From an uncultured delta proteobacterium (GTDB taxonomy: Bacteria > Desulfobacterota > Binatia > UBA9968), in NCBI GenBank assembly GCA_963840855.1, contig CAWJBB010000085.1, positions 1-64,000 of the forward strand: a DNA stretch of 64,000 nucleotides, given 5' to 3'. This document shows, one piece after another, positions 53,158 to 63,286 of this stretch; position 1 is the first letter of the stretch, and the number at the start of each line of letters is the position of its first letter. A model generated the notes under the pieces. It saw only the letters and a list, made by a program, of their open reading frames with translations, was not told the origin of the DNA and did not search any database. A program made the position numbers and the translations under genes.

Positions 53158-53665
53158 TCCGATATCTCTAAAAATTCATTCGCTGTCATCTTCATCAACG
53201 TCTTGAACGAAGCGTAGCGATTGAACGACTTGAACGTTTGGAACTGACTGCTGTCTAAATTAAATGATGTGCCAGACGTGACCGGGAAGAAAATGGCGGT
53301 GGGCGCGCGGCATCGGTTCTCCTTAGAGGACCCGAGACCTCGTTTTTGATGGGCGACTGAAAAAAAGTACGCCGGATATCTGTAACGATTAGGTGCAGGG
53401 TTCGAATCAAGTGAGAGACTCGCCGTTCAAGAAATCGTTTTCTCAAAGGGCTAACAAGCTCGATGGACACGTGTCACAAAATTAAAACTTGACAGGAAAA
53501 TTATAGGATGTCCCCTTAATCCTCGCTGCGCTGCCCGAGCCGACCGAAACAATATTGCAAATTTCACCAATCGCTCCGACGATTGACACCTTCGCCGATT
53601 CAGCGATATATCTCCGGTCAGAAAAAAAGATGGTTTAAATTTCCTATACATCGTGGAGATAAAAC

Positions 53666-54799
53666 ATGAAAAGCGTTTTACGTAAGACGCATGCGTTTTT
53701 ACTTGTCCTTGCGTGCTGTATGACCAGCTATAACGTTTCTTCTCTTGCCGCTTCCGCAGCAGTGCTTAATGCAAAAAAGGGGGCGGAAGGCCGCGGTTAC
53801 ATTTTTGAGATGAGCCACGATGATATCGTGGCCAAAGCAAAACAGGAGAAGGGAAAGATGCGGGGCTTTGTCGCCCATAGTGCGGAAACCAATAGGGTCA
53901 TGGCAGCGGCTTTCAAGGCCGAGTATCCCTTCGTCGATCCTCAGATCGAGGAGCACGCTGGTACCGACACCGCGCAAGCGTTTGTGACGCAGATGAAAGC
54001 AGGCATGGTTAAAGGCTGGGATTCTGTCCACTTAACCGAAGACTTCTTTAACGAATTTCTGCCTTATCTCAAAAAATTCGATATTTTGGGAATGGCTCAA
54101 CACGGAGTCTTGCGCATCCCGACTCAGACTGTAGATCCGTTTAACCGAAATATAGTGGCTGTTAACAGCGGTATTCAGGTCGTAGCCTTTAACGAACGGA
54201 TGCTTCCACAGGATCAGGTCCCAAACCAATGGGACGAGTTCCTTAAGCCCGAGTTCAAGGGAAGGAAGTTCATCGCCGACATTCGACCTACAGAGGTCGC
54301 AGCACTCGTACCGGCTTGGGGTTTGGAAAGGACCCTGGAATTTGCCCGGAAAATAGCCGCGCAGCAGCCTATCTGGATTCGTGGGGGCTCAAGAATTCTC
54401 ACGGCAATGGCAGCTGGCGAGTATACCCTATTTTTGGGACCCAACTTCAATACCGTCATGCGAATAAAAATGAAAGATCCCACTAAGAGCCTAAACTACA
54501 AGATGGTCGAGCCAATTCCCACTCGGGCCCTTACTGAACCTCTTAGTGTTCTTAGCACTGCCGATCGCCCTTACACTGCTCTTTTATGGATAGAGTTCCA
54601 AATTTCGCCGATGGGTCAAAAACTAATAGATGAATATCACCCCTATGGCGCCTCGATTTTTATTCCCGACACTGCCCAGGAGAAGGCTACCAGAGGAAAG
54701 CAGCTTTCTGTAGTGGACTGGGAGCATCTCATTAAGCTGAAGGATTATCAGGCTAAGGTTGTGGAAGCGTACGGCTTTCCCAAGGCGGCAACCAGGTAA
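53666..54799 (+). CDS. ABC transporter substrate-binding protein (Fe3+/thiamine-like clan), no permease nearby
   Basis: Signal peptide; AFN....P..WD..L.P.FKG and A..P..ALLWIEF..S..GQ motifs. Confidence 0.8.
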   Translation: MKSVLRKTHAFLLVLACCMTSYNVSSLAASAAVLNAKKGAEGRGYIFEMSHDDIVAKAKQEKGKMRGFVAHSAETNRVMAAAFKAEYPFVDPQIEEHAGTDTAQAFVTQMKAGMVKGWDSVHLTEDFFNEFLPYLKKFDILGMAQHGVLRIPTQTVDPFNRNIVAVNSGIQVVAFNERMLPQDQVPNQWDEFLKPEFKGRKFIADIRPTEVAALVPAWGLERTLEFARKIAAQQPIWIRGGSRILTAMAAGEYTLFLGPNFNTVMRIKMKDPTKSLNYKMVEPIPTRALTEPLSVLSTADRPYTALLWIEFQISPMGQKLIDEYHPYGASIFIPDTAQEKATRGKQLSVVDWEHLIKLKDYQAKVVEAYGFPKAATR

Positions 54800-54820
54800 G
54801 CGAAAAGCTTGTGCATGGGA

Positions 54821-54852
54821 CAGGAGAGAGGAAATAGATTTCCTCTTTCCTG
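54821..54852 (+). terminator. Hairpin downstream of the SBP gene
   Basis: caggagagaggaaat-ag-atttcctctttcctg inverted repeat. Confidence 0.5.
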
Positions 54853-55043
54853 CTCTGAAGATATCGCGGTAAGAAACGGCAATCTTAAGCGGCAAGTTCG
54901 TGCCGTGCCGCCGGGCGCTCATCCTCCTGAGGTAACGCTCACGTTTTCGGAATTCCGAAAATGCGATGGTAGTCGGCCTTCGCAATCCGATGTTAGTCTA
55001 ACAGCGAACCGCCACGCAGCCTGCCCGCTAAACTAAGACAAAA

Positions 55044-55225
55044 CTATCGGCGCGTGATCTGGCTGCCGACGGTAGTAACAGTGATGTGCGACATCGTGGT
55101 ATCGGCTTTAGCGCCATGCCAGTGGCGCTCGCCGGCTTTGATATGCACGACATCGCCAACGCTGATCTCACGCTCATCCTTCTCTGTCGCGACCCTGCCG
55201 CTACCGGATGTGACGACCAAGATCC
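55044..55225 (-). pseudogene. 5'-truncated cupin-domain gene
   Basis: ILVVTSG.G...GDVVHI.AGERHWHGA...MSHI. Confidence 0.75.
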
Positions 55226-55560
55226 CGCCTCGCCGCCCTGGTGCCGCGCCCACGCTTACATCTGATCCGCTTCCATGGCGTGCCCGCGCCCAACGCAAAG
55301 TTGTGCTCTGAAATTATCCCCAGTCCGGTAGAGCAAGCAACAGAGCCCTCATGCGATCACGCTGACGCGCAAGGTGCGCCGGCGCGCATGAGTTGGGCCA
55401 GGCTACTCAAACGGGTCTTCGACATCGACATCGAACACTGCCCGAACTGCGGCGGCAGCTTAAAGATCATCGCCGCGATCGAAGACCCGCCGGTGATTGT
55501 CAAAATCCTCACCCATTTGGGCCTACCGGCCCGCGTCCCGCCGCGCGCGCCGGCGCAGAG
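55226..55560 (+). mobile_element. IS91/ISCR-family (Y2) transposase C-terminal remnant
   Basis: PRPRLHLIRFHGV.APN and SWARLLKRVFDIDIEHCPNCGG.LKIIAAIEDP. Confidence 0.85.
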
Positions 55561-55566
55561 TACATT

Positions 55567-56596
55567 TAGGGTTAGGCATGAGCAACTGAATCAAGCCAGC
55601 TTCTTAACCACCCGATCCAGCAGGCGGCAAAAAACTCGATCCCCCTTCAACCGCTCCTCCGCCCGCCGGATCGCGTGGCTGGGCGTTGACGACTCCTTGA
55701 CCTGGAGAAATCTCGCCAGTTCCGCCATCCTGACAACCCCATGCCGCCGAGCCACATAACAAACTAACTCGCGGCTCGCTTTGACCCGTTCCCCGCGCTG
55801 CCGGTTTCTCATCTCGGCTTGCTCAACTCCCGTCACCTCGCTCACGCTCTTGATGATCCGTTGCAGCGGGTAGCCTCTTTCACTGGTTGCCGTAGTTTTT
55901 GCTTTCCTACCGACCGTTTCGATAAACTCTTCGTCGCCGACATAGATCTGCTGCTTCACCTGCGGCGCCACGTTGCGCAACCCTTCGCCTCGACTGCCTT
56001 CGACAAACTCTCGGTATTGGTGGAGCCGCACGCTCTTGCCGCCGCTCAATTGCTCCAGCACCGCCTCGCTCTTCAATCCTGGTATCCCTTTACCTCTGAT
56101 ATAGGATCCATAACTGCTCCAGCGATAGTCTTGAGGCCGATCGGCGGCCTTGGCACTGACTGGATTCAAGTGAATGTAACGGCTGACTTGCAGCAAATAA
56201 TTGTCTCTGTCCACCACCATCGCCTTGTAGCGCTGCTCGAAGACATGCCCGCTGCGGCCGTGCCGTTTGTTAAAATAGACCGTATAGCTCGTCTGAAACG
56301 CCTGCATCATCTTGGAGAGATTCCCCTGCGGGGTCGCCAAAAGCAAATGCACGTGGTTGGACATAAGGCAGTACGCTAGCAGATCGACTTTCTTCTCCTG
56401 GCAGTAAAGTGACAGTTTCTCAAGGTAGCGCCGTCGGTCCCGCTCGTCGCGATAGATCGTTTGGCGATTGTTGCCGCGGCAGATCACATGGTAGACCGCT
56501 CCCGGATACTCGATTCGAACAGGTCGTGCCATGCCCCGGAATTAGCTCAAGTGGCTTCGATTTGCAAGTTCATACATTTATGCAGGCCTGACCCTA
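55567..56596 (-). mobile_element. RAYT-like Y1 transposase element bounded by short inverted repeats
   Basis: tagggttaggcatg at 55567 versus caggcctgacccta ending at 56596; 12 of 14 bases match as an inverted repeat. Confidence 0.65.
55591..56532 (-). CDS. Y1 (IS200/RAYT-like) HUH transposase with a C-terminal DnaA-C-like HTH
   Basis: MARP.RI..PG..YHV..RGN, AYCLM.NHVHLL, GHVF..RY, YIHLNPV and YRWSSY motifs. Confidence 0.93.
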   Translation of the reverse strand: MARPVRIEYPGAVYHVICRGNNRQTIYRDERDRRRYLEKLSLYCQEKKVDLLAYCLMSNHVHLLLATPQGNLSKMMQAFQTSYTVYFNKRHGRSGHVFEQRYKAMVVDRDNYLLQVSRYIHLNPVSAKAADRPQDYRWSSYGSYIRGKGIPGLKSEAVLEQLSGGKSVRLHQYREFVEGSRGEGLRNVAPQVKQQIYVGDEEFIETVGRKAKTTATSERGYPLQRIIKSVSEVTGVEQAEMRNRQRGERVKASRELVCYVARRHGVVRMAELARFLQVKESSTPSHAIRRAEERLKGDRVFCRLLDRVVKKLA

Positions 56597-56745
56597 GTTC
56601 CCTCCCTGGCGATCAAATCCGGGTTGACAAAATGAACAACGCCCACCTCCTTGGATAGAAACTCGCGCGCGAAAGTGGTTTTGCCCGCGCCATTGGGACC
56701 CGCGATGATGATACAAAGCGGCGATGCGCGGATTGGTTTAGCCAT
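56578..56745 (-). pseudogene. N-terminal fragment of a zeta-toxin-like P-loop ATPase
   Basis: [19 protein letters not shown]....FVNPDLIA, ending close to the RAYT element's IR. Confidence 0.75.
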
Positions 56746-56958
56746 TGATGCGCGATTCTAGTTGCGGGGCTTCAATGATGCAAACCGGAAGCGTTACCGC
56801 AGTTCCAAGGATTAACGGTCGACCTGATAGTATAGAGGCTGACAATCTTTCCAATCGTTGAAAAAACGGACACGTTCACGAATCACGAGAACGTCTCGTA
56901 CCACTTCAGTTTGCGCTGGAGCATGAACTCTACTATATGAGCGCCCAGGGGGAATCCT

Positions 56959-57624
56959 ATGAAGCACAACCGAAAAACGTTGATATCAAATCATGACCCT
57001 GTTGTTCGCGCGTGGTTGGCTTTGCTGTTCGGCTGGGTGCTATTGGCCGGAAGCGCTCAACTCGAAGCTCAAGTTGGCCCAGCGGGGAACACGGTTGCCG
57101 TTGCCGGATCACTGATTTCCGTTCAGGGTCAAGACGTGATGGTCGAGACCAAGAGCGGACCGGAACGGGTACAGCTGTCGGATAAGACCGTCATCCGGGG
57201 CGAGGTTCCCATCAAATTTTCCGATATTACGTCAGGCATGTACGTCGCCGCCACAGCGGAAAAGCAGCCGGACGGGACCTTCCGCGCCACCCGCTTGAAT
57301 GTATTCTCAGAAGACCAGCGCGGCACCGGTGAGGGTCACAGACCGCTGTCTTCGGCGCCGCAAAGTGGCTTGACGATGACCAACGCCAATGTCGAGACCG
57401 TGGAAGACGTGGCGGTGCAAAACGTCAAAGGCCGGATGCTGACCCTCAAGTACAAGGGCGGTGAGATCAAAGTTCTGGTGCCGCCGGACGCTCCCGTCGC
57501 AAAGCGCGTCCTCGGTGACCGGTCACTGCTCAGGCCCGGCGCTGAAGTCTCAGTCCAGGCATCCCAAGCCGCGGACGGCTCAAGAACCGCAACACAAATA
57601 ACGGTGAGGGCATCGGCCCGGTAA
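56959..57624 (+). CDS. Exported protein with repeated OB-like (DUF5666-like) domains
   Basis: Signal peptide; GEGHRP, TMTNANV, LKYKGGE..V.VPP and DGS..A..I motifs. Confidence 0.7.
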   Translation: MKHNRKTLISNHDPVVRAWLALLFGWVLLAGSAQLEAQVGPAGNTVAVAGSLISVQGQDVMVETKSGPERVQLSDKTVIRGEVPIKFSDITSGMYVAATAEKQPDGTFRATRLNVFSEDQRGTGEGHRPLSSAPQSGLTMTNANVETVEDVAVQNVKGRMLTLKYKGGEIKVLVPPDAPVAKRVLGDRSLLRPGAEVSVQASQAADGSRTATQITVRASAR

Positions 57625-57625
57625 G

Positions 57626-57800
57626 GCCTGACGGCCGTTCAAAGTTCAACGGCTCACGCCCGTTCAAGGTTCAATGTTCAAGGTTCAACGTAAAACAACC
57701 CGGGTTCCAACCGTTCAAAACGTTCGAAGGGTTGTTATTAGCGGCCTGTAACGGTTGATTCACGTCTAAGTTCGAAGAACCCTTCGACTAGCTCAGGAAA
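57626..57800. repeat. GTTCAA-rich repeat block plus REP (copy 1)
   Basis: gcctgacggc.gttcaaagttcaa...gttcaatgttcaaggttcaacgtaa...cgttcaaaacgttc...ccttcgact. Confidence 0.75.
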
Positions 57801-58000
57801 AGAGAGCCCAGTAAAACCAATCGTGCGTTAGTGTGATCGTCGTCGATCCTTGCCGCCGGATGCAAACGCCGGCCAAATGTTGAATTCATTTTACTTCGTT
57901 CCGTTCAAATAGTTGAATAACGAACACGATCACGCTTCACGAGCACGTCTTTTGAATTCTCAAAACGTCGAAATGATCGGCGCTAGCGTCGCCAACTTGC

Positions 58001-59202
58001 TCAATTTGTGAAGGGCAGTTTCAAGAACTTGATCCGCTGGCCGGCGCGCAGTTCGTCCAGCGGGTAATGAGTGCCGCGCCAGTCGATGCCGTTGTTGCGC
58101 AGGCATTGAAACCCGGCGCGCAGCATCATCAGGCTGATCAATAGTATGCCGGCGGGAAACAGCAGCAGACTCGCGAACTCTGCTCGGCCTTCGTGATAAT
58201 AGAAAAGAGCAAAAACGACATGCATGCCGATAACGGCCGTGGCAGGCTATCCATAAGGGGCGCCGATCCTAGCATGATTGCGCAGGCTGCCGCGGCAACG
58301 GGAGCGGCGACCAGCGTCCAGATCGTGGCCACCTGCAGAAGCATCAACCACCATCGGTATTGTGACCCGAGTCCGAAGAGGTTTTTCTCCAGCCCTTTAA
58401 ACATGGCGGGAACCGATTCATACCAGCGCACGCTCAGTTCGTCGTAGGCGATGGCCACACGCGAAGCGCCCCCTGCCCGTTTGATCATCATCCCCAGCCC
58501 GACGTCGTCGACCGTTTCCAAACGTAACCACTCGAAGCCGGCGGTGCGGCGAAACATCTCTGCTTTGACCAGATTGAACGCGCCGATGCCGACAAAGGAG
58601 TTGCTCCCCGGCCGATTCACGCCGGCGGCGCGCGTGGTTAGTAAAAACAACAAACCGAAAGCGCGCACCGCGACCGCCAGCCAGAAACCGCTTTGAACGA
58701 TGTGCGGGATCAGCGTCAGATGGTCGGCGCCCTGGCGTATCGCTACGGCGATAACCTGGCGCAATGCCCCTTCGGAAAAGTGGATGTCGGCGTCGGTAAA
58801 AAGCAACCATTCGCCGCGGGCCATCTCGACGCCGCGCTGCAAAGCGTGCACCTTGCCGAGCCAGCCTGCCGGCAGACTCGTCACGTGAATGGCGCGAACC
58901 CGTGAGTCCGCCTTGGCAAGCCGGTCGATCACTTCAGCGGTGCCGTCGGTGGAACGATCATTGACCAGGATTATTTCGAGATCCGGATAGTCTTGCCGCG
59001 TCAGAGTTGTGACGGCGGACGCAAGATGCGCGGCCTCGTTGCACGCGGGAATGATGATGCTGAGCGGCGGCCAGCGCTCCGGCGGAGAAACCAACTGTCG
59101 ATTCAATACCGGCAGTTGCTTGAGCGCCCACATGAGATAGCCGAAAGCCAGCACCCACGCGCCGCACAAGGCAACGCAAAAAATTTGCAGTGGGACATCC
59201 AT
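58001..59202 (-). CDS. GT2 family glycosyltransferase (HpnB/CrtQ-like), with a frameshift near 58245
   Basis: IIPACNE, VNDRSTDGT, GWLGK.HAL, FTDAD and DD..LG motifs; C-terminal I.WRG..Y lies in the shifted frame. Confidence 0.85.
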
Positions 59203-59231
59203 GAAGTCAATTTACTCCACACCAGACCGAC

Positions 59232-59470
59232 GCCTGACGGCGGTTCAAAGTTCAATGTTCAAGGTTCAACGTAACCGAACCTGACAATCGTTCAAAACGT
59301 TCAATCGCTTTCCTTCGACTTTGCTTCGCGGCGCTCAGGACAGGCGCTCCGTTCAAGTCGTTCAACCGCTTTCCTCCCGCTTTGCTGCGCGCCTCTCAGG
59401 ACAGACGCTCAGTTCAAATCGATATCGGAAACAAGACATGGCGAGGTTTGTTTCATTCGCTCCAAGCGTT
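59232..59470. repeat. GTTCAA-rich repeat block plus REPs (copy 2)
   Basis: Direct repeat of 57626-57725, followed by ccttcgac...ctcaggacag units. Confidence 0.75.
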
Positions 59471-59577
59471 CCATTGCCTTGCACTCAGTGGACGGTTTAC
59501 CTCTGACTATTGCCTGTTGCCTTCCGCCTGGAGCCTACGGAACACCATGCATGCGCGTAAACAAAGATCGCCTGCTC

Positions 59578-60276
59578 TCAGCGTCCGCGGGTGGCTGCAA
59601 TGCGCCAGAGATAGATAGTTCGTGTGAGTCCGGCGGAGTCTTTGAGTTGCTCGGTTTTAGCCGGCGTCCAATCGCCCATGGCAAATTGGTGGGAAACCAC
59701 TCGCGAACCCGGCTTTAACTGGCTTCGGATCGCTCGCCGTAGCCGGAGATTGGCGTTGGGAGAGAGATACATTGTCACGACGCTGGCCGGCGACAGGTCC
59801 ACCGATCGTATATCCTGCTCGCGGATCTCGACTAAATTTTCCAAACCTTCTTGTTTGATTGCTCTTCGCGATTCCTCGACGAGCGCATGATCGATCTCGA
59901 AGCCAACCGCCTTGATCCCGTATTTTTTTGCCGCCGCGATGACAATCCTGCCGTCGCCGGAGCCAAGGTCGTACAAGACGTCTCCTGGCGTGATCTCTGC
60001 CAGCTCCAGCATTCTAGCTACCACCTCCTCAGGAGTACGGACGAAAGGGGCAATGTAGGGCGACTCGCGGTCGTGATCGTTGGCGTGAGCGATAGCGACA
60101 CGGCTTTCCTTCTGATGGCTAACCGCCGCCGCAAGCACGAAGAGACAAACGGCGAATACTATAGGCATTCCGCGCGAGGCAACAGGCACAAGTCGAGAAA
60201 GAAGTCTCGGGTTACTCACGGCCGGGGCGCGGAGAAGCCGGAGTTTAAAGCATAGGTTTAGAAACACTTCTGTCAT
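59578..60276 (-). CDS. Class I SAM-dependent methyltransferase
   Basis: PFV.TP..VV..ML.LA, YDLGSGDGRIVI, VVTMYL and LKPGSRVVSH.F motifs; the start may be 60168. Confidence 0.9.
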   Translation of the reverse strand: MTEVFLNLCFKLRLLRAPAVSNPRLLSRLVPVASRGMPIVFAVCLFVLAAAVSHQKESRVAIAHANDHDRESPYIAPFVRTPEEVVARMLELAEITPGDVLYDLGSGDGRIVIAAAKKYGIKAVGFEIDHALVEESRRAIKQEGLENLVEIREQDIRSVDLSPASVVTMYLSPNANLRLRRAIRSQLKPGSRVVSHQFAMGDWTPAKTEQLKDSAGLTRTIYLWRIAATRGR

Positions 60277-60438
60277 CTGCGCACTCGCACAAGCTAAAGA
60301 AAAAGATGAGATTGAGGAAAGGCTTCATTTTGCCATTTTTCACAAACGTCTATTGCCGGGAATGTCAGCCCTCACCCTTCCCTCTCGCAAGCGGGCGAAG
60401 GTATGGATCGACAATGAATCACGTGCCCTATAAAACGG

Positions 60439-61575
60439 TTATCCCTGCGCTCGAACCTGGCGCGGATACAAGACATCCACCATCGCCCGTTTGTGGTGCA
60501 GCGGTGTGCCCAAATATTGATAAAGCGAATGGGCCAGTACGCTGTGGGCCATCAAGGGATGCTTGTAGTCGGTTCCCGGTCCGGCAAAGACCATGTGCGC
60601 AAAGTTGCAGGACTGATAGTACGCTTCGCTCGCCACGGCCTTGGCTTGATGCACGTTGGCGGCGGCCGGTATGCCGGAATCGATTTTCCACAGCGTCTCG
60701 TAAGTGATCCAGCGCGCGCCGTCGACGTGGATCGAAATATCGACGCAGTGATCTTGCACCCGTTGAAAGCGGCCGATGGGCTGGCCGAAGACCACCCGCG
60801 TGCGCGTATACTCGTTGGTCATCTCAAAGATTTCCTGACAGGCGCCGACTTTGTAAGCGCAGAGAATCGGCAGCGCTTTATACAACGCCCGCTCCACCGT
60901 GTCCCAGCGGCCATTGACCTCGCCGATGATGCTCTCAGCTCCAACCTCCACATTGGCGAAGCTCACTTCCGCCGCGCCGATCATAAAGCCGAATATCGGT
61001 TTCACGGTCACTCCCGGCGCCCCCCGGTCAATCAGCGCTAGGGTTACGCCACCGCTTTCCCGCCGCGCCGCGCAGATAAAATGTGTCGCTGCGTCGCCAT
61101 CAAACACGTATCGCTTGGTCCCGCTGAGGGTGAAGCCGTTGCCGGACTTGTCGATCCGCGTTTGCACCGACCGCGGCCCCCATTGGATCGGATCGTCGGA
61201 GATCGCCGGAATCACGATGGCGCTGCCGTCGCAGATTTTCGGCAGCAGGCTTTTCTTCTGCGCCTCCGAGGCGCCTTCCATAATCAACTCGGCCGCCAAC
61301 ACGCCTGAAGAAAAATATGGCCCTGGTAACGGGCCACGCCCAAGCTCCTCGAACACCACGGCGCAGTCCGTGCAAGAAGCGCCGCCACCGCCGAATTCAT
61401 CCGGCACAATCATTCCTAGCCAACCCACTTCCGCGGTTTTTTTGTACAACTGAGGTACAAACGCGGTTTTCTGCCGGTACCATTCGGTGATGACATAGGG
61501 CGGCGCTTCGGCTTTCAAAAAATCCGCCGCGACTTTTTTCAACATGTTTTGCTCGTCGTTCAATTTGAGGTCCAT
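60439..61575 (-). CDS. Acyl-CoA dehydrogenase family protein (probable partner subunit)
   Basis: GWLG..VP..FGG, EELGR...PGP, LSGTK and R..FGQPIG.FQ.V motifs. Confidence 0.9.
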   Translation of the reverse strand: MDLKLNDEQNMLKKVAADFLKAEAPPYVITEWYRQKTAFVPQLYKKTAEVGWLGMIVPDEFGGGGASCTDCAVVFEELGRGPLPGPYFSSGVLAAELIMEGASEAQKKSLLPKICDGSAIVIPAISDDPIQWGPRSVQTRIDKSGNGFTLSGTKRYVFDGDAATHFICAARRESGGVTLALIDRGAPGVTVKPIFGFMIGAAEVSFANVEVGAESIIGEVNGRWDTVERALYKALPILCAYKVGACQEIFEMTNEYTRTRVVFGQPIGRFQRVQDHCVDISIHVDGARWITYETLWKIDSGIPAAANVHQAKAVASEAYYQSCNFAHMVFAGPGTDYKHPLMAHSVLAHSLYQYLGTPLHHKRAMVDVLYPRQVRAQG

Positions 61576-61624
61576 AATATGACTCCTTATCGTTTCACCA
61601 CGAAGCGTACAGATGCTTAGGATT

Positions 61625-61830
61625 ATTCTCGCGCCAAGGCGCAAAGCACGCCAAGTGACAGGCAAGTGGCCTGTCATCCCGAGCGAATGCGAGGGATCTA
61701 TGAAAGATTTTTCTCCTCGTTCGAAATGACAATGCTCTTGCTTTGCGTCTTTGCGCCCCTTCGACTTTGCTCAGGACATGCTTTGCGCGAGATATTCCGG
61801 CGTCTGATTGCGGCTGCGCCGCATTAGGCT
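61625..61830. repeat. Composite 9-mer repeats and REP palindromes
   Basis: tgtcatcccgagcg..gaaatgaca, cgccaaggcgcaaag / ctttgcgtctttgcg, and cccttcgactttgctcaggaca. Confidence 0.6.
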
Positions 61831-61866
61831 CTTTGTGGTTTCTATCTCCTCCTCTTGTCACCGAAG

Positions 61867-63081
61867 TTATACTGTGGTCGGCGCGGTTTCTTGCTGCGGC
61901 CGGCCCAGGCCCAAGCGGCGCGCGATGATCAGCCGGTCGGTGTCCAGCGTCCCGCCGCCGTGGAGCCAACCCGGCCCGCTGCGCACGGTGTACTCGAAAT
62001 CGGCTTGCTCGTGCACCGACCCGTCCGGCGCCAGCGCGTCGAACCCAAGAATCTGCTGGACCCGCTCGGAATTTCGCAAGCGCACCATGCGCTGGTAGTA
62101 AAGAAACTGCGGCCCGCCATAAGGATGGGGATCGCGCACGTAGCGGTGCCAGAAGTTGCGCAGGCCCATGAGCCGTTGCACGTCGAGATCGTTGAGCATA
62201 TCGGCGATCACGTCCCGGACGTCCTGGTCTTCCAACAGGCTCGCGCCACCGAACTGGTTTTTCTGGCAGTGGTCGATCAGCCGCTTGAAGAGCGGATTTT
62301 CGGCTACGCTGCCGCCGCCGCCATGTTCTAGTTCCAAATAACTATTGGCGACCTTCCAACCGTTGTTCTCGCCGCCGACTAAATACTTGGCGGGCACCCG
62401 CACGTTGTCGAAGAACACCGCGTTCTTGATGCCCATCATCAAGTGTAAGTGTTGGATGGTGATGCCGGGCAAAGTGGCAGGGACATACAACCATCCCAGG
62501 TTCTCGTGCCGCTTTCCGCCGGGATTGGTGCAGACCAGCGTCCAGAGAAAGTCCGGCGGCAGATGGTGCCCAACCATGATCTTCTGGCCGTTGACGACGT
62601 AATGATCGCCGTCGCGCACCGCTTTGGTGAGGCAGTTTGCCACGTCGCTGCCGCCCTGCGGTTCGGTCAGCACTTGCCACACCGCCAACTCGCCGCGCAT
62701 CATGGGCGGCAAAAACTCCTGCTTCTGCTCTTCGGTGCCGAACTTCATCACGGCGGGCGCGACGAGGCGAGCCAGCGTGTAAAAGATCGAGCCGAGCGGA
62801 AGTCCATAGCGATCGATCTCAGTTTCCAGGACAAACTGATGGTCGAGGCTCAGCCCCGCGCCGCCGTATTGAGCGGGATAGGTGGGAAACAACCAGCGCT
62901 TCTGGCCTAGCTTTTTTGCCAAGCCCCGGCGAAATTGGTACTCCTCGGCGTTTTCCCGCGTCGACCATATCCCCGACCACCTCAAGTGTTCGCTGCCGCG
63001 CATGTTCTCGGCCAGCCACTCGCGCACTTCCCGGCGAAACGCGCTGATCTCCGGCGTATCCGGTTGCAAGCTAAAGTCCAT
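61867..63081 (-). CDS. Acyl-CoA dehydrogenase family protein
   Basis: YGGAG, FGTEEQK..FLP, TEP.GGSD, NGQK, VFFDNVRVP and GGT..RLIIA motifs. Confidence 0.92.
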   Translation of the reverse strand: MDFSLQPDTPEISAFRREVREWLAENMRGSEHLRWSGIWSTRENAEEYQFRRGLAKKLGQKRWLFPTYPAQYGGAGLSLDHQFVLETEIDRYGLPLGSIFYTLARLVAPAVMKFGTEEQKQEFLPPMMRGELAVWQVLTEPQGGSDVANCLTKAVRDGDHYVVNGQKIMVGHHLPPDFLWTLVCTNPGGKRHENLGWLYVPATLPGITIQHLHLMMGIKNAVFFDNVRVPAKYLVGGENNGWKVANSYLELEHGGGGSVAENPLFKRLIDHCQKNQFGGASLLEDQDVRDVIADMLNDLDVQRLMGLRNFWHRYVRDPHPYGGPQFLYYQRMVRLRNSERVQQILGFDALAPDGSVHEQADFEYTVRSGPGWLHGGGTLDTDRLIIARRLGLGRPQQETAPTTV

Positions 63082-63286
63082 GGTTCATCTCCTTTTCTTG
63101 TTTCAGTCTGGGGTCTAGAGTCTCGGGTCTCGTGTTAACACAAAAATCGTGTTCGTGTCTCGTGCACGAACAGACAAGTGCGAACCGTAACTAACCCATA
63201 CATTCTGTTCCGCTCAGCTGCGGCGTCGCGTTAGACGTCCGATTCCGGTCAACCTAAGACGCTAGACTCTAGACCCGAGACCCTCC

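Noticed and set aside
53480-53615. Two TTGACA hexamers upstream of the SBP gene
   Set aside because: Neither has a convincing -10 box at canonical spacing.
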